Assembly (NCBI GenBank): GCA_964445575.1
Contig: CAYULB010000004.1
Location: 21,631 to 75,467 of the forward strand
DNA length: 53,837 bases
From: an uncultured Eubacteriales bacterium
GTDB lineage: Bacteria; Acidobacteriota; Aminicenantia; Aminicenantales; Aminicenantaceae
Reading direction: 5' to 3'
Shown: positions 7,952 to 16,312 of the stretch, in pieces
How the letters are laid out: the number at the start of each line of letters is the position of its first letter
Position numbering within the stretch: position 1 is the first letter of the stretch
The notes under the pieces: model-generated
Told to the model about the DNA's origin: nothing
Database searches by the model: none
What the model saw: only the letters and a program-made list of their open reading frames with translations
Translations under genes and position numbers: made by a program

Positions 7952-9556
7952 ATGTTTGACCTTTACAGGAAAGCCCAAAAAAAGAATGTATCAAACTTAT
8001 CCTGTCTGACTCTTGTTCTCATTTTGACTCTGCTCCCTTTATTTTTCTTTCATGGATGCAGAGGAAAATCTTATAAAAAGAACCAAAAATTTTATGTTAT
8101 GGAAGCGACCATTGAGGATATTCACAACGCCTATATGTCTGGAGAGCTGACCTGCCTGGAACTGGTTCAGGCCTATTTGGACCGGATCAATAAATACGAT
8201 AAGGATAAAAAACTAAATTCCATTGTGACCATCAACCCCAATGCTTTGACCAGAGCTGCGGAGCTGGACAAAGAGCTTGAGGAAACAAAAAATCTGCGCC
8301 CTCTCCACGGTATACCCGTCATTATTAAAGATAACTACGAAACCCATGACCTTCAGACCACGGCAGGCTCAGAAGCGCTGGAAGGTTTCATTCCCCCTGA
8401 TGATGCCTATCAGGTCAAAGCTCTGCGCGAGGCCGGGGCCATTGTTCTGGCTAAATCAAACATGGCTGAATGGGCGTTCAGTCCTTATGAAACCGTAAGC
8501 TCCATACTGGGGATAACCCGAAATCCCTATGACCTGTCCCGGGTTCCGGCTGGTTCCAGCGGAGGAACCGCTGCGGCTGTGACTGCAAACTTTGGAACAG
8601 TAGGGCTTGGAACGGATACTGGAAATTCCATCCGGGGGCCTTCAGCCCACTGTTGCCTGGTAGGAATCCGCTCCACCATGGGACTGACCAGCAGGGATGG
8701 AATCATTCCCCTTTATTTAAGGAATGACATCGGAGGGCCCATGACTCGGACCGTGGAGGATGCAGCCCGGGTTCTGGACGTGATTTCAGGATATGACCCT
8801 GCAGATCCTATCACAGAACAGAGCAGAGGAAAAATTCCTGAAACCTATCTGGACTTTTTGGATAAAGACGGACTTCAAGGAGCCAGAATCGGGGTGTTCC
8901 GGGTATTGGCTGATCGGGCCTCCTCAGACCCAAAGGTCAAAACTGTTTTTGAAAAAGCGCTCCAGGACATAAAGGGCCAGGGTGCTGAAATCATCGATCC
9001 TTTTGATATTCCTGACTTTGGAAAGCTGACCAAAAACCTGTGGTGCGATACCTTCCGCCACGACCTTAATCAGTATCTGGCTTCACTGGGAGACAAGGCA
9101 CCTTTCAAAAACCTGATAGAAATCTATAATTCCGGAAAGTTTCTCAGGTCTGTCCGTGAAAGAATTGAAAAAGCCCTGGAAGTGCCTTTAACCGGTGAAC
9201 TTCCCTGCAGGGACCTTTATCATGAGCCCCGCAACATTAAGTTTAGAGAAGCTGTGCTCAAGGCCATGGAAGACCAGAATGTAGATGTTTTTGTCTACCC
9301 CACATGGGGCAATCCGCCCCGGAAGCTGGGGGATATGAGAAGCCCGGCTGGAGACAACAGCCAGTTAATCCCTCCCCACACCGGACTTCCCGCCATCACT
9401 GTTCCCATGGGCTACACCTATAAAAAACTCCCCGCCGGGATTCAAATGGTGGGGAAATTATGGGGAGAACCCGAACTCATCAAAACCGCTTATGCCTATG
9501 AACAGGCAACCCAGCACCGGCGGCCTCCTTCCGAGTTCCCGGAAATAAAAAAATAA
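7952..9556 (+). CDS. Amidase signature family protein, probably exported/lipoprotein
   Basis: [27 protein letters not shown] (Ser-cisSer-Lys triad); N-terminal hydrophobic segment ending in GC. Confidence 0.9.
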   Translation: MFDLYRKAQKKNVSNLSCLTLVLILTLLPLFFFHGCRGKSYKKNQKFYVMEATIEDIHNAYMSGELTCLELVQAYLDRINKYDKDKKLNSIVTINPNALTRAAELDKELEETKNLRPLHGIPVIIKDNYETHDLQTTAGSEALEGFIPPDDAYQVKALREAGAIVLAKSNMAEWAFSPYETVSSILGITRNPYDLSRVPAGSSGGTAAAVTANFGTVGLGTDTGNSIRGPSAHCCLVGIRSTMGLTSRDGIIPLYLRNDIGGPMTRTVEDAARVLDVISGYDPADPITEQSRGKIPETYLDFLDKDGLQGARIGVFRVLADRASSDPKVKTVFEKALQDIKGQGAEIIDPFDIPDFGKLTKNLWCDTFRHDLNQYLASLGDKAPFKNLIEIYNSGKFLRSVRERIEKALEVPLTGELPCRDLYHEPRNIKFREAVLKAMEDQNVDVFVYPTWGNPPRKLGDMRSPAGDNSQLIPPHTGLPAITVPMGYTYKKLPAGIQMVGKLWGEPELIKTAYAYEQATQHRRPPSEFPEIKK

Positions 9557-9576
9557 TAAGTATTAAGAGAGCCAAC

Positions 9577-10233
9577 ATGAAAGAAAAATCATTTAACTTC
9601 AGAGCTTTCACTGCCCTGGCCCTATTTTGGTCGTTTATCATAGACGCTTTATCAGGCTTTGTACTTTATACCGTTCCTGCAGGAAGAATCGCTGACTGGA
9701 CAAACTGGACCTTTTTGGGATTCACCAAAGGGGAGTGGGAAACCATCCACACTATTTTTAGTTATGTTTTTCTCATATTTGCTTGCATCCATCTCTGCCA
9801 TAACTGGAAGTCTATCCTTCATTACCTCAAAGGGAAAGTAAGAAAATACTCTAAATCAAGAGGAGAGCTGGTGATTTCTCTGGTGATGGTTATTTTAATT
9901 CTCATCGGAACCATTGCCAGCATCCCTCCCTTCAGTTCTGTTATGGATTTAGGTTCCTTAATAAAAGATTCATGGCCGGAGAACCAAGACCAGCCTTTTC
10001 TGGCCCGGGCTGAAAAACTGTCTTTTGACCGGTTTGTGCAGGAATTAGGATTGGAGCCGGAAAAAGCAGTCAAGTTTTTAGAACAAAAGGGTATACAGGT
10101 TCAAGACCCCAGTGATTCGCTCAATGAAACCGCAGGCCGCAACCGGACCTCCCCATCCCGGATTTACCAACTCCTAAAAGAAATCATCCCTTCTGAAAAA
10201 CAGATCCCTGCGCCCCAGCTCCTCCTCCACTAA
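9577..10233 (+). CDS. DUF4405-like membrane protein (possible heme binder)
   Basis: Three TM helices, SGFVLY, conserved-looking WETIH and HLCHNW His motifs. Confidence 0.65.
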   Translation: MKEKSFNFRAFTALALFWSFIIDALSGFVLYTVPAGRIADWTNWTFLGFTKGEWETIHTIFSYVFLIFACIHLCHNWKSILHYLKGKVRKYSKSRGELVISLVMVILILIGTIASIPPFSSVMDLGSLIKDSWPENQDQPFLARAEKLSFDRFVQELGLEPEKAVKFLEQKGIQVQDPSDSLNETAGRNRTSPSRIYQLLKEIIPSEKQIPAPQLLLH

Positions 10234-10312
10234 TTTAATAACCGTCCCCAATTCAATTGACATAACATTAAAAATGAATTAAGTTTCCTTTCTGGAGCCA
10301 AAAAAAAGACAA

Positions 10313-11644
10313 ATGAAAATCAACATCCAAATCAAAAAAAGCAGAAGAAAGAAAAACTCGCCCTATTTTATCCTGTATGTGATTTTTCTTCTGGCTGCCT
10401 ATTTTTTGCTGGCGTTTATTCCCAAAAACAGCGAGCAAAAACAAGCCCAAGTGAGTCCCACCATTGATGAGCTGACTCAGCCGGCAGTGGAAAAGCCCCC
10501 TCCCTTAGAGGAACAGAAAATAACCATCAAAAGAGGACAGTCCTTATCAGATATTCTTAGGGAGCATGGATTCACACCCCTTGAGATCCACAACCTTAAA
10601 CAGGACGTGGAACCCGTTTATGACTTAGCCAAAATCAAAGCCGGCCATGAACTTCGTCTTTATTACCAAGATCAGGGACCTTTGAAGTTTATTGAGTATG
10701 ATATAGATAATGAAAAATACCTCCAGATAAGAAAAAACAACGGTTCTTTTGAGGGGGAAATCATCTTTTTTCCTATTGAAACAAAAACAAAACAAATGTG
10801 GGGAGTTATCAACCAGAACCTTATCCAAGCTGTGAATGATGCGGGAGAACAAGATTATCTGGCTATTGCCCTGGCAGACATATTTGCCTGGGATATAGAT
10901 TTTTATGCTGACATCAGAAAAAATGACTCTTTTAAGCTAATTTTTGAAAAAAAATATCTGGATGGAAAATTCATCGGCTATGGAAATATACTTGTAGCCC
11001 AATTCACAAATCAAGGGAAAACATTTCAGGCTTTCCGCTTCATCTATCCAGACACAAACGACTGGGATTATTTTGACCCGGAAGGAAAGTCTTTGAGAAA
11101 GGAATTCCTCAAATCTCCCATAAATGGAGCCCGGATAACCTCCCGGTTCAGCTACAGCCGGCTTCATCCTGTATGGAAAGTGTACCGGCCTCACTACGGA
11201 GTGGACTACGGAGCTCCTCCGGGAACTCCTGTCCAATCCACAGCTGACGGCACCGTGACCTTTACCGGAGCAAATGGAGAGGCAGGCCGCATGGTTAAAA
11301 TCCGTCATAAAAACTTCTACGAAACCATGTACCTTCATCTTCGGAGCTACGCCAGAGGAATCAGAAAAGGAGCCCGGGTTACCAGCGGACAAATCATTGG
11401 GTATGTGGGTTCTTCAGGCACCTCAACCGGCCCCCATCTGGACTACCGGATCAAATATCACGGCACATACATCAATCCCCTGGCCCATAAATTCAAACCA
11501 GTGGCGCCTCTAAGGGAAGAATTCCTGGACCAGTTTAAAGAAGTAGTGGAAAGCTACCGGTTTTCTATGGACGCTCCCCTCTATGTTTTCTTAGGGTTCA
11601 GAGGTTCTTCTTTGCCTGCTTCCTACACAGCCTCTACCCGATAA
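10313..11644 (+). CDS. M23 family peptidoglycan endopeptidase (MepM/OapA-like)
   Basis: N-terminal TM anchor, LysM-like IKRGQSLSDIL, HYGVDYGAP, STGPHLDY. Confidence 0.9.
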   Translation: MKINIQIKKSRRKKNSPYFILYVIFLLAAYFLLAFIPKNSEQKQAQVSPTIDELTQPAVEKPPPLEEQKITIKRGQSLSDILREHGFTPLEIHNLKQDVEPVYDLAKIKAGHELRLYYQDQGPLKFIEYDIDNEKYLQIRKNNGSFEGEIIFFPIETKTKQMWGVINQNLIQAVNDAGEQDYLAIALADIFAWDIDFYADIRKNDSFKLIFEKKYLDGKFIGYGNILVAQFTNQGKTFQAFRFIYPDTNDWDYFDPEGKSLRKEFLKSPINGARITSRFSYSRLHPVWKVYRPHYGVDYGAPPGTPVQSTADGTVTFTGANGEAGRMVKIRHKNFYETMYLHLRSYARGIRKGARVTSGQIIGYVGSSGTSTGPHLDYRIKYHGTYINPLAHKFKPVAPLREEFLDQFKEVVESYRFSMDAPLYVFLGFRGSSLPASYTASTR

Positions 11645-11684
11645 GCTCAGAATTTCGATCCTGTCTCCTATTTATCCTATTCTT

Positions 11685-12245
11685 CTATTTCTTCTTTTTT
11701 CCCGTGCTTCGGGAACTGCTCCGGCTGCTGGTTCGCGAGACAGAACTTGACCCGGTGGACCGAACACTCCGTACTCGTGAAGAACTCACCCGACTTACTC
11801 TGCTAGTGCTCGTACTCTTGGTAGAACTGATCCTCCGGCTTCCTTTAGAAAGAGAGGAAACGGCTTTTCTATCCACATAAAGGATTTTACGTCCAGAATC
11901 CGCTGCTGTCCTGGGGCTCTGCAGCTGGTCTTTGGTGACCACACTTCTTCCGCTGACATAACGACTGGGATAATAATGATAGTACATACCATAATAGGGA
12001 TAGTACCAACCATAATAGTAATTGTAGAAACTATAATACCAGAAAGGATTCCACCAGCTTAATCCCATCCAATAAAAAGAAGGATACCAGAAGACATCAT
12101 AATAATCATAATAATATGGATAATAATCATAGGACTCAACAGTCCTCACTCTGGGCCCTGGGGTGCGGTATCTTTCCTCTATGACAATACAGCCTGAAAT
12201 GAGAATGATGAGTGGGATGATAATCATAAGTTTTTTCATTTTCAT
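11685..12245 (-). CDS. Hypothetical lipoprotein with Tyr/Trp-rich core and Ser/Arg-rich tail
   Basis: Lipobox ISGC, GAGGAG RBS, low-complexity composition. Confidence 0.7.
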   Translation of the reverse strand: MKMKKLMIIIPLIILISGCIVIEERYRTPGPRVRTVESYDYYPYYYDYYDVFWYPSFYWMGLSWWNPFWYYSFYNYYYGWYYPYYGMYYHYYPSRYVSGRSVVTKDQLQSPRTAADSGRKILYVDRKAVSSLSKGSRRISSTKSTSTSRVSRVSSSRVRSVRSTGSSSVSRTSSRSSSRSTGKKKK

Positions 12246-12271
12246 CTTATTTTCTCCTCATCCATATAAAG

Positions 12272-12287
12272 AGCAAATTCCATGCCA
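12272..12287 (-). promoter_or_regulatory. Sigma54 (-24/-12) promoter
   Basis: Minus strand TGGCATGGAATTTGCT, exact GG-N10-GC spacing, about 26 nt upstream of the lipoprotein start. Confidence 0.7.
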
Positions 12288-12327
12288 TATTATAACAGAG
12301 AGAGCGTAAAAATGCACCTCTAAAAAG

Positions 12328-12364
12328 TGTCCTCTTTTAGTAACATCTGTATAAAATAGGCACA
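12328..12364. promoter_or_regulatory. Putative tandem enhancer (bEBP) sites
   Basis: TGT-N12-ACA (12328-12345) and TGT-N11-ACA (12348-12364) upstream of the sigma54 promoter. Confidence 0.4.
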
Positions 12365-12462
12365 GTTGAATTTTTGTTTGAAAAAAAATACAATAAATGT
12401 ATAAATAAACATGGACCTGGAATATTCTCATAAATCAATCAGGTCAGCATAAGGAGGAAAAA

Positions 12463-13563
12463 ATGAAAATAACCCTCAGTGTTCTCAAAGCAGACGTGGG
12501 AAGTATTGGAGGCCATATCACTCCCAGCAAAGCTTTGATCAAAGAAGTCAAAAACTTTATAAAATCAGAAGGAAAAGGCCTAATTATTGATTCTTACATA
12601 GGCTACACAGGGGATGATATCGCCATCTTGTGCTCCCATACAAGAGGGACATCTGATGAAAAAATTCACAAACTTGCTTGGGATGCTTTTTCTGCCGGAA
12701 CTGAAGAGGCCAAAAGCGAAGGTCTTTACGGTGCCGGACAGGACCTGTTAAAAGACGCCTTCAGTGGAAACATCAAAGGAGCTGGACCTGCCGTGGCTGA
12801 AATTGAATTTGAAGAAAGACCCAATGAGCCGTTTATATTTTTTGCCGCGGACAAGACAGACCCAGGAGCCTATAATCTTCCTTTTTACTTGAGTTTTTCA
12901 GACCCTATGTACAATGCAGGACTGATGCTGAGCCCAAAAATGAACAAAGGTTTTGCTTTCCAGATCATTGATGTGGAATATTCGGAAAAGGATAAAATCA
13001 TTGACCTGAATTCTCCAGAAGACATCTATGACATGGCAGCACTCTTGAGAGACGGAGAAAGATATGTGATTGAAGGCATTTTTTCACGGAACACAGGAAA
13101 CCAAGCAGTTGCCATCTCCACAACCCGGCTTCACAACATTGCCGGAACTTACACTGGAAAAGATGACCCTGTGGCATTGGTGCGTGTTCAGGGAGAATTT
13201 CCAGCCACAGGAGAAATCCTGGCCCCTTTTGAAATCGGCCATCTGGTAGCGGGTTTCATGCGGGGAAGCCACAACGGACCTTTAATGCCCTGCAAGCTGA
13301 ACTCTACTATATCCTATTTTGACGGCCCTCCCATTGTGACAGGAGCTGCCTTCTGTGTCAAAGAAGGAAAATTCACAGAACCTGCTGATGTTTTTGACCA
13401 TCCGTTCTGGGACAATGTCCGCAGGAAAGTATCTGAAAAAGCTTCTGAGATCAGACGGCAGGGATTTTTCGGAGCAGCCATGCTTGGTTACTCCGAACTT
13501 GAGTACGGCGGTATTGTGGAAAGGCTTAAAAAATTGGAAGAGAAATTCGAATACAAAGACTAG
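12463..13563 (+). CDS. fbp: Fructose-1,6-bisphosphate aldolase/phosphatase (class V FBPase)
   Basis: KADVGSIGGH, GDDI, LYGAGQDLL, DKTDPGA, YTGKDDP Schiff-base loop, MRGSHNGP, LEY; AAGGAGG RBS. Confidence 0.93.
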   Translation: MKITLSVLKADVGSIGGHITPSKALIKEVKNFIKSEGKGLIIDSYIGYTGDDIAILCSHTRGTSDEKIHKLAWDAFSAGTEEAKSEGLYGAGQDLLKDAFSGNIKGAGPAVAEIEFEERPNEPFIFFAADKTDPGAYNLPFYLSFSDPMYNAGLMLSPKMNKGFAFQIIDVEYSEKDKIIDLNSPEDIYDMAALLRDGERYVIEGIFSRNTGNQAVAISTTRLHNIAGTYTGKDDPVALVRVQGEFPATGEILAPFEIGHLVAGFMRGSHNGPLMPCKLNSTISYFDGPPIVTGAAFCVKEGKFTEPADVFDHPFWDNVRRKVSEKASEIRRQGFFGAAMLGYSELEYGGIVERLKKLEEKFEYKD

Positions 13564-13617
13564 CAAAAAATCCACTGCGGACAACCGGTTCTAAAACCAA
13601 TCTGAAGGGAAAAAAGA

Positions 13618-14046
13618 ATGAATGAGTACAGAAATCCTATACCTACCGTGGATATCATCATTGAGATTAAAAAAAACAACCAGCCAGGGATTGTGCTTAT
13701 CAAACGAAAAAATCCCCCCTACGGCTGGGCTCTTCCAGGAGGTTTTGTTGACTACGGAGAATCACTGGAACAGGCATCCGTGCGCGAAGCCAAAGAAGAA
13801 ACGTCTCTAAATGTGACCCTGAAGTACCAAATGCACACTTATTCTGATCCAAAAAGAGACCCTCGAATGCACACTGTTTCAACCGTTTACGTAGCCCGGG
13901 CCCAAGGAATTCCCAAAGCACGCGATGATGCCAAGGAAATCGGAATATTCACCAAGGAAGAAATCAATTTCCCTTTGGCATTTGATCACAAACAGATATT
14001 GTCTGATTATTTCAATCAGAGAAAAGACTATTATCCTAACGGATAA
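13618..14046 (+). CDS. NUDIX hydrolase (ADP-ribose pyrophosphatase-like)
   Basis: Nudix box [22 protein letters not shown]; RDPR and LAFDH motifs. Confidence 0.9.
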   Translation: MNEYRNPIPTVDIIIEIKKNNQPGIVLIKRKNPPYGWALPGGFVDYGESLEQASVREAKEETSLNVTLKYQMHTYSDPKRDPRMHTVSTVYVARAQGIPKARDDAKEIGIFTKEEINFPLAFDHKQILSDYFNQRKDYYPNG

Positions 14047-14066
14047 AAGAGAAATGGATATCATAC

Positions 14067-14315
14067 ATGAAAAATAAAACAAAAAATAAATTCCGGGATT
14101 TAAAGTTAGTTAAAATCAAATCTGTGCAGGGACCGGTCGAAGCAGAGGTCATAAAAAGCTTTCTTCAAAGCTATGGAATCACAACCATTTTAAAAGGACT
14201 GGTGGTTCAGTCTGTCCATGCCTTCTCAGCAGACGGGCTTGGGAAAATCACCATAATGGTTGACGAAAAAGATTATGAAAAAGCCAAATCCCTTCTCCAG
14301 GAAAGAAAAACCTAG
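14067..14315 (+). CDS. DUF2007-like small protein
   Basis: EAEVIKSFLQSYGI ... IMVDEKDYEKAKSLL pattern. Confidence 0.7.
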   Translation: MKNKTKNKFRDLKLVKIKSVQGPVEAEVIKSFLQSYGITTILKGLVVQSVHAFSADGLGKITIMVDEKDYEKAKSLLQERKT

Positions 14316-14400
14316 CCCCTCTCCCCTGATCATTCTTATTAACAAAAAAATTATTCACCTTTTTTTCTTTCATCATTTACTGCTTTTTCATGAATATCAT

Positions 14401-14454
14401 CCTGGCACATTCACGAGTCGAGGCTGCTGCATAAATATTTCATGAATGGCCAGG
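14401..14454. repeat. Repeat module A, short form (TIR-bounded, MITE-like)
   Basis: CCTGGCACATTCAC...ATGAATGGCCAGG; homologous to both ends of 52142-52399 and to 31992-32044. Confidence 0.75.
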
Positions 14455-14460
14455 ATGCCT

Positions 14461-14550
14461 ACGGACGGGGGAGTCACACAGCCTCAGAGAAAAACGAAGA
14501 AGAATGACGTTAAAAATCTGAAGGAAGCACAAACCACACTCAGATTTCAG
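14461..14550. repeat. Repeat module B
   Basis: About 80% identical by eye to 52409-52499; internal IR AAATCTGA/TCAGATTT. Confidence 0.8.
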
Positions 14551-14583
14551 CTTCAAAAAGTATGAATTATTTCCTTTTTTTCC

Positions 14584-14612
14584 TTGACATTGCCTGTTTT
14601 CTGGATTATATT
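14584..14612 (+). promoter_or_regulatory. dcw operon sigma70 promoter
   Basis: TTGACA-N17-TATATT. Confidence 0.75.
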
Positions 14613-14620
14613 TTAGAAAA

Positions 14621-14650
14621 ACGGGACAAAACGGGACAAAGTGGGAAATT
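14621..14650 (+). promoter_or_regulatory. MraZ operator (10-bp periodic direct repeats)
   Basis: ACGGGACAAA ACGGGACAAA GTGGGAAATT directly at the mraZ start. Confidence 0.75.
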
Positions 14651-15108
14651 ATTTAATAGGAAGTTACACGGTTCGCTTCGACAGAAGTGGTAGAATAAAA
14701 ATACCTGCGAAATTTCAGGAAACCATCCTGGAAAAGTATGGAAAGGAAGTCTTTATTACCTCTCTCACGGATCAATCGGTCCAAATCTACCCTCTCTCCC
14801 GATGGGAAAAATTGACCGGACTTGCTGATAAAGGGCTCCTGCAGTTAAAACCCCAAGTCAGAAGTTTCATGCTCCGGGTCAATCTCAAAGGCTCCCATTA
14901 CGAAATCGATTCTAAGGGGAGAGTCCTTATAAGTCAAGCCCTTAAAAAAAAGGCAAACCTGGGAGACGAAGTGGAAGTAATAGGGCTCAATGACCATTTG
15001 GAAATCTGGAACAAACAGGCATTGGAGGAAATGATTGAACAAAACCCCTTGACTGACGAGGACTTCAACCAGATATCAGAATTAAAATTCGAGGAAGATA
15101 AAAAATGA
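14641..15108 (+). CDS. mraZ: Division/cell wall cluster transcriptional repressor MraZ
   Basis: Two DxxGR motifs (DRSGRI, DSKGRV), HLEIWN; first gene of the dcw cluster. Confidence 0.93.
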   Translation: MGNYLIGSYTVRFDRSGRIKIPAKFQETILEKYGKEVFITSLTDQSVQIYPLSRWEKLTGLADKGLLQLKPQVRSFMLRVNLKGSHYEIDSKGRVLISQALKKKANLGDEVEVIGLNDHLEIWNKQALEEMIEQNPLTDEDFNQISELKFEEDKK

Positions 15109-16001
15109 GCACCCAAGCTCATATTCCGGTCCTCCTTGAAGAAGTGATGTCCTACCTGGACATAAAGAGAAAAGGAGATTATCTGGACTGCACCATAGGC
15201 CTGGGAGGACATTCTGCTGAGATTCTCAAGCGTAATAAAGATGCCAGAATAATCGGGTTTGATATAGATGAAAAATCCCTCATGGAAGCAAAAGAGAATC
15301 TCAAGCCCTTTGGTGACCGATTGACCCTGTATCATTCTGACTTCAGGTACATACCCGAATTAAAAATTGACTTTTCATCTGTTCGAGGAGTCCTCTTAGA
15401 CCTGGGTATTTCTTCCTTCCAGCTCGATGATCCCAAAAGAGGGTTCAGCTTTAATAAAGAAGGACCTCTAGACATGCGCATGGACCTGCGCAACAAGACC
15501 ACAGCCTCAAAAATAATCAACAAGGGCTCTGAAAAAAAGCTTGCCCAGATTTTTTGGGAATATGGAGAGCTGAGACAGGCTAAAGTTTTAGCCAAAGAAA
15601 TATATTCCAGGAGAAAAAACCAGAAAATAACCACCACTTCCCAGCTTCTCAAACTGACCGAAGAAATATGTAGGTGGAGACCTCAAAAAGGAAAAACCCA
15701 CCCTGCTGCCAGGGTGTTCCAGGCTCTTCGTATCGAGGTGAACCAGGAATTAAAAAGTCTGAATAAGTTTCTGGAAAAAATTATCAAGCAAACCCCCCCG
15801 GAATCCCGTACTGCAGTTATTTCTTTTCACTCCCTGGAGGACAGGATCGTCAAACACACCATGAAAAAATTGGCTTTCTCAAAAAAAGAGCCTCCTCAAA
15901 TAATTATATTGACAAAAAAACCTGTTACTCCAACCAAAAAAGAGATTGAAAGGAATTTCAGAGCCAGGTCTGCAAAATTAAGGGTTTCAAGGAATACTTA
16001 A
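15105..16001 (+). CDS. rsmH: 16S rRNA m4C1402 methyltransferase
   Basis: HIPVLLEE, DCTIGLGGHS, DLGISSFQLD, FQALRIEVNQE, ISFHSLEDR. Confidence 0.96.
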   Translation: MSTQAHIPVLLEEVMSYLDIKRKGDYLDCTIGLGGHSAEILKRNKDARIIGFDIDEKSLMEAKENLKPFGDRLTLYHSDFRYIPELKIDFSSVRGVLLDLGISSFQLDDPKRGFSFNKEGPLDMRMDLRNKTTASKIINKGSEKKLAQIFWEYGELRQAKVLAKEIYSRRKNQKITTTSQLLKLTEEICRWRPQKGKTHPAARVFQALRIEVNQELKSLNKFLEKIIKQTPPESRTAVISFHSLEDRIVKHTMKKLAFSKKEPPQIIILTKKPVTPTKKEIERNFRARSAKLRVSRNT

Positions 16002-16312
16002 TGGTAAGAAAAAAACTTAAAAAAGAAACAGTTGCCCGGACTGCTGCCTTCGTTCTGATGATAATCCTTATTTTGACTTTTTATATCTGGCGGCAGGCTG
16101 AATCAGTCAAGATCGGGTACTCCATAAGAGATCTGGAAGAAAAAGTGATTGCACTTCAGAAAGAAGTGGAAACTCTGGAAGCAGAAAAGACCTCCTTTCT
16201 CTCTCTCGAAAGGGTAGAAAAAAAAGCAAAACAGAAATTAGGACTGAAAGAACCCGAAGAGAAGCAGTTGATATATGAAGATTTTGGAGAGTCTAACAAC
16301 CAAGACCAATGA
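16001..16312 (+). CDS. ftsL: Cell division protein FtsL
   Basis: Single TM plus coiled coil, between rsmH and ftsI. Confidence 0.8.
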   Translation: MVRKKLKKETVARTAAFVLMIILILTFYIWRQAESVKIGYSIRDLEEKVIALQKEVETLEAEKTSFLSLERVEKKAKQKLGLKEPEEKQLIYEDFGESNNQDQ

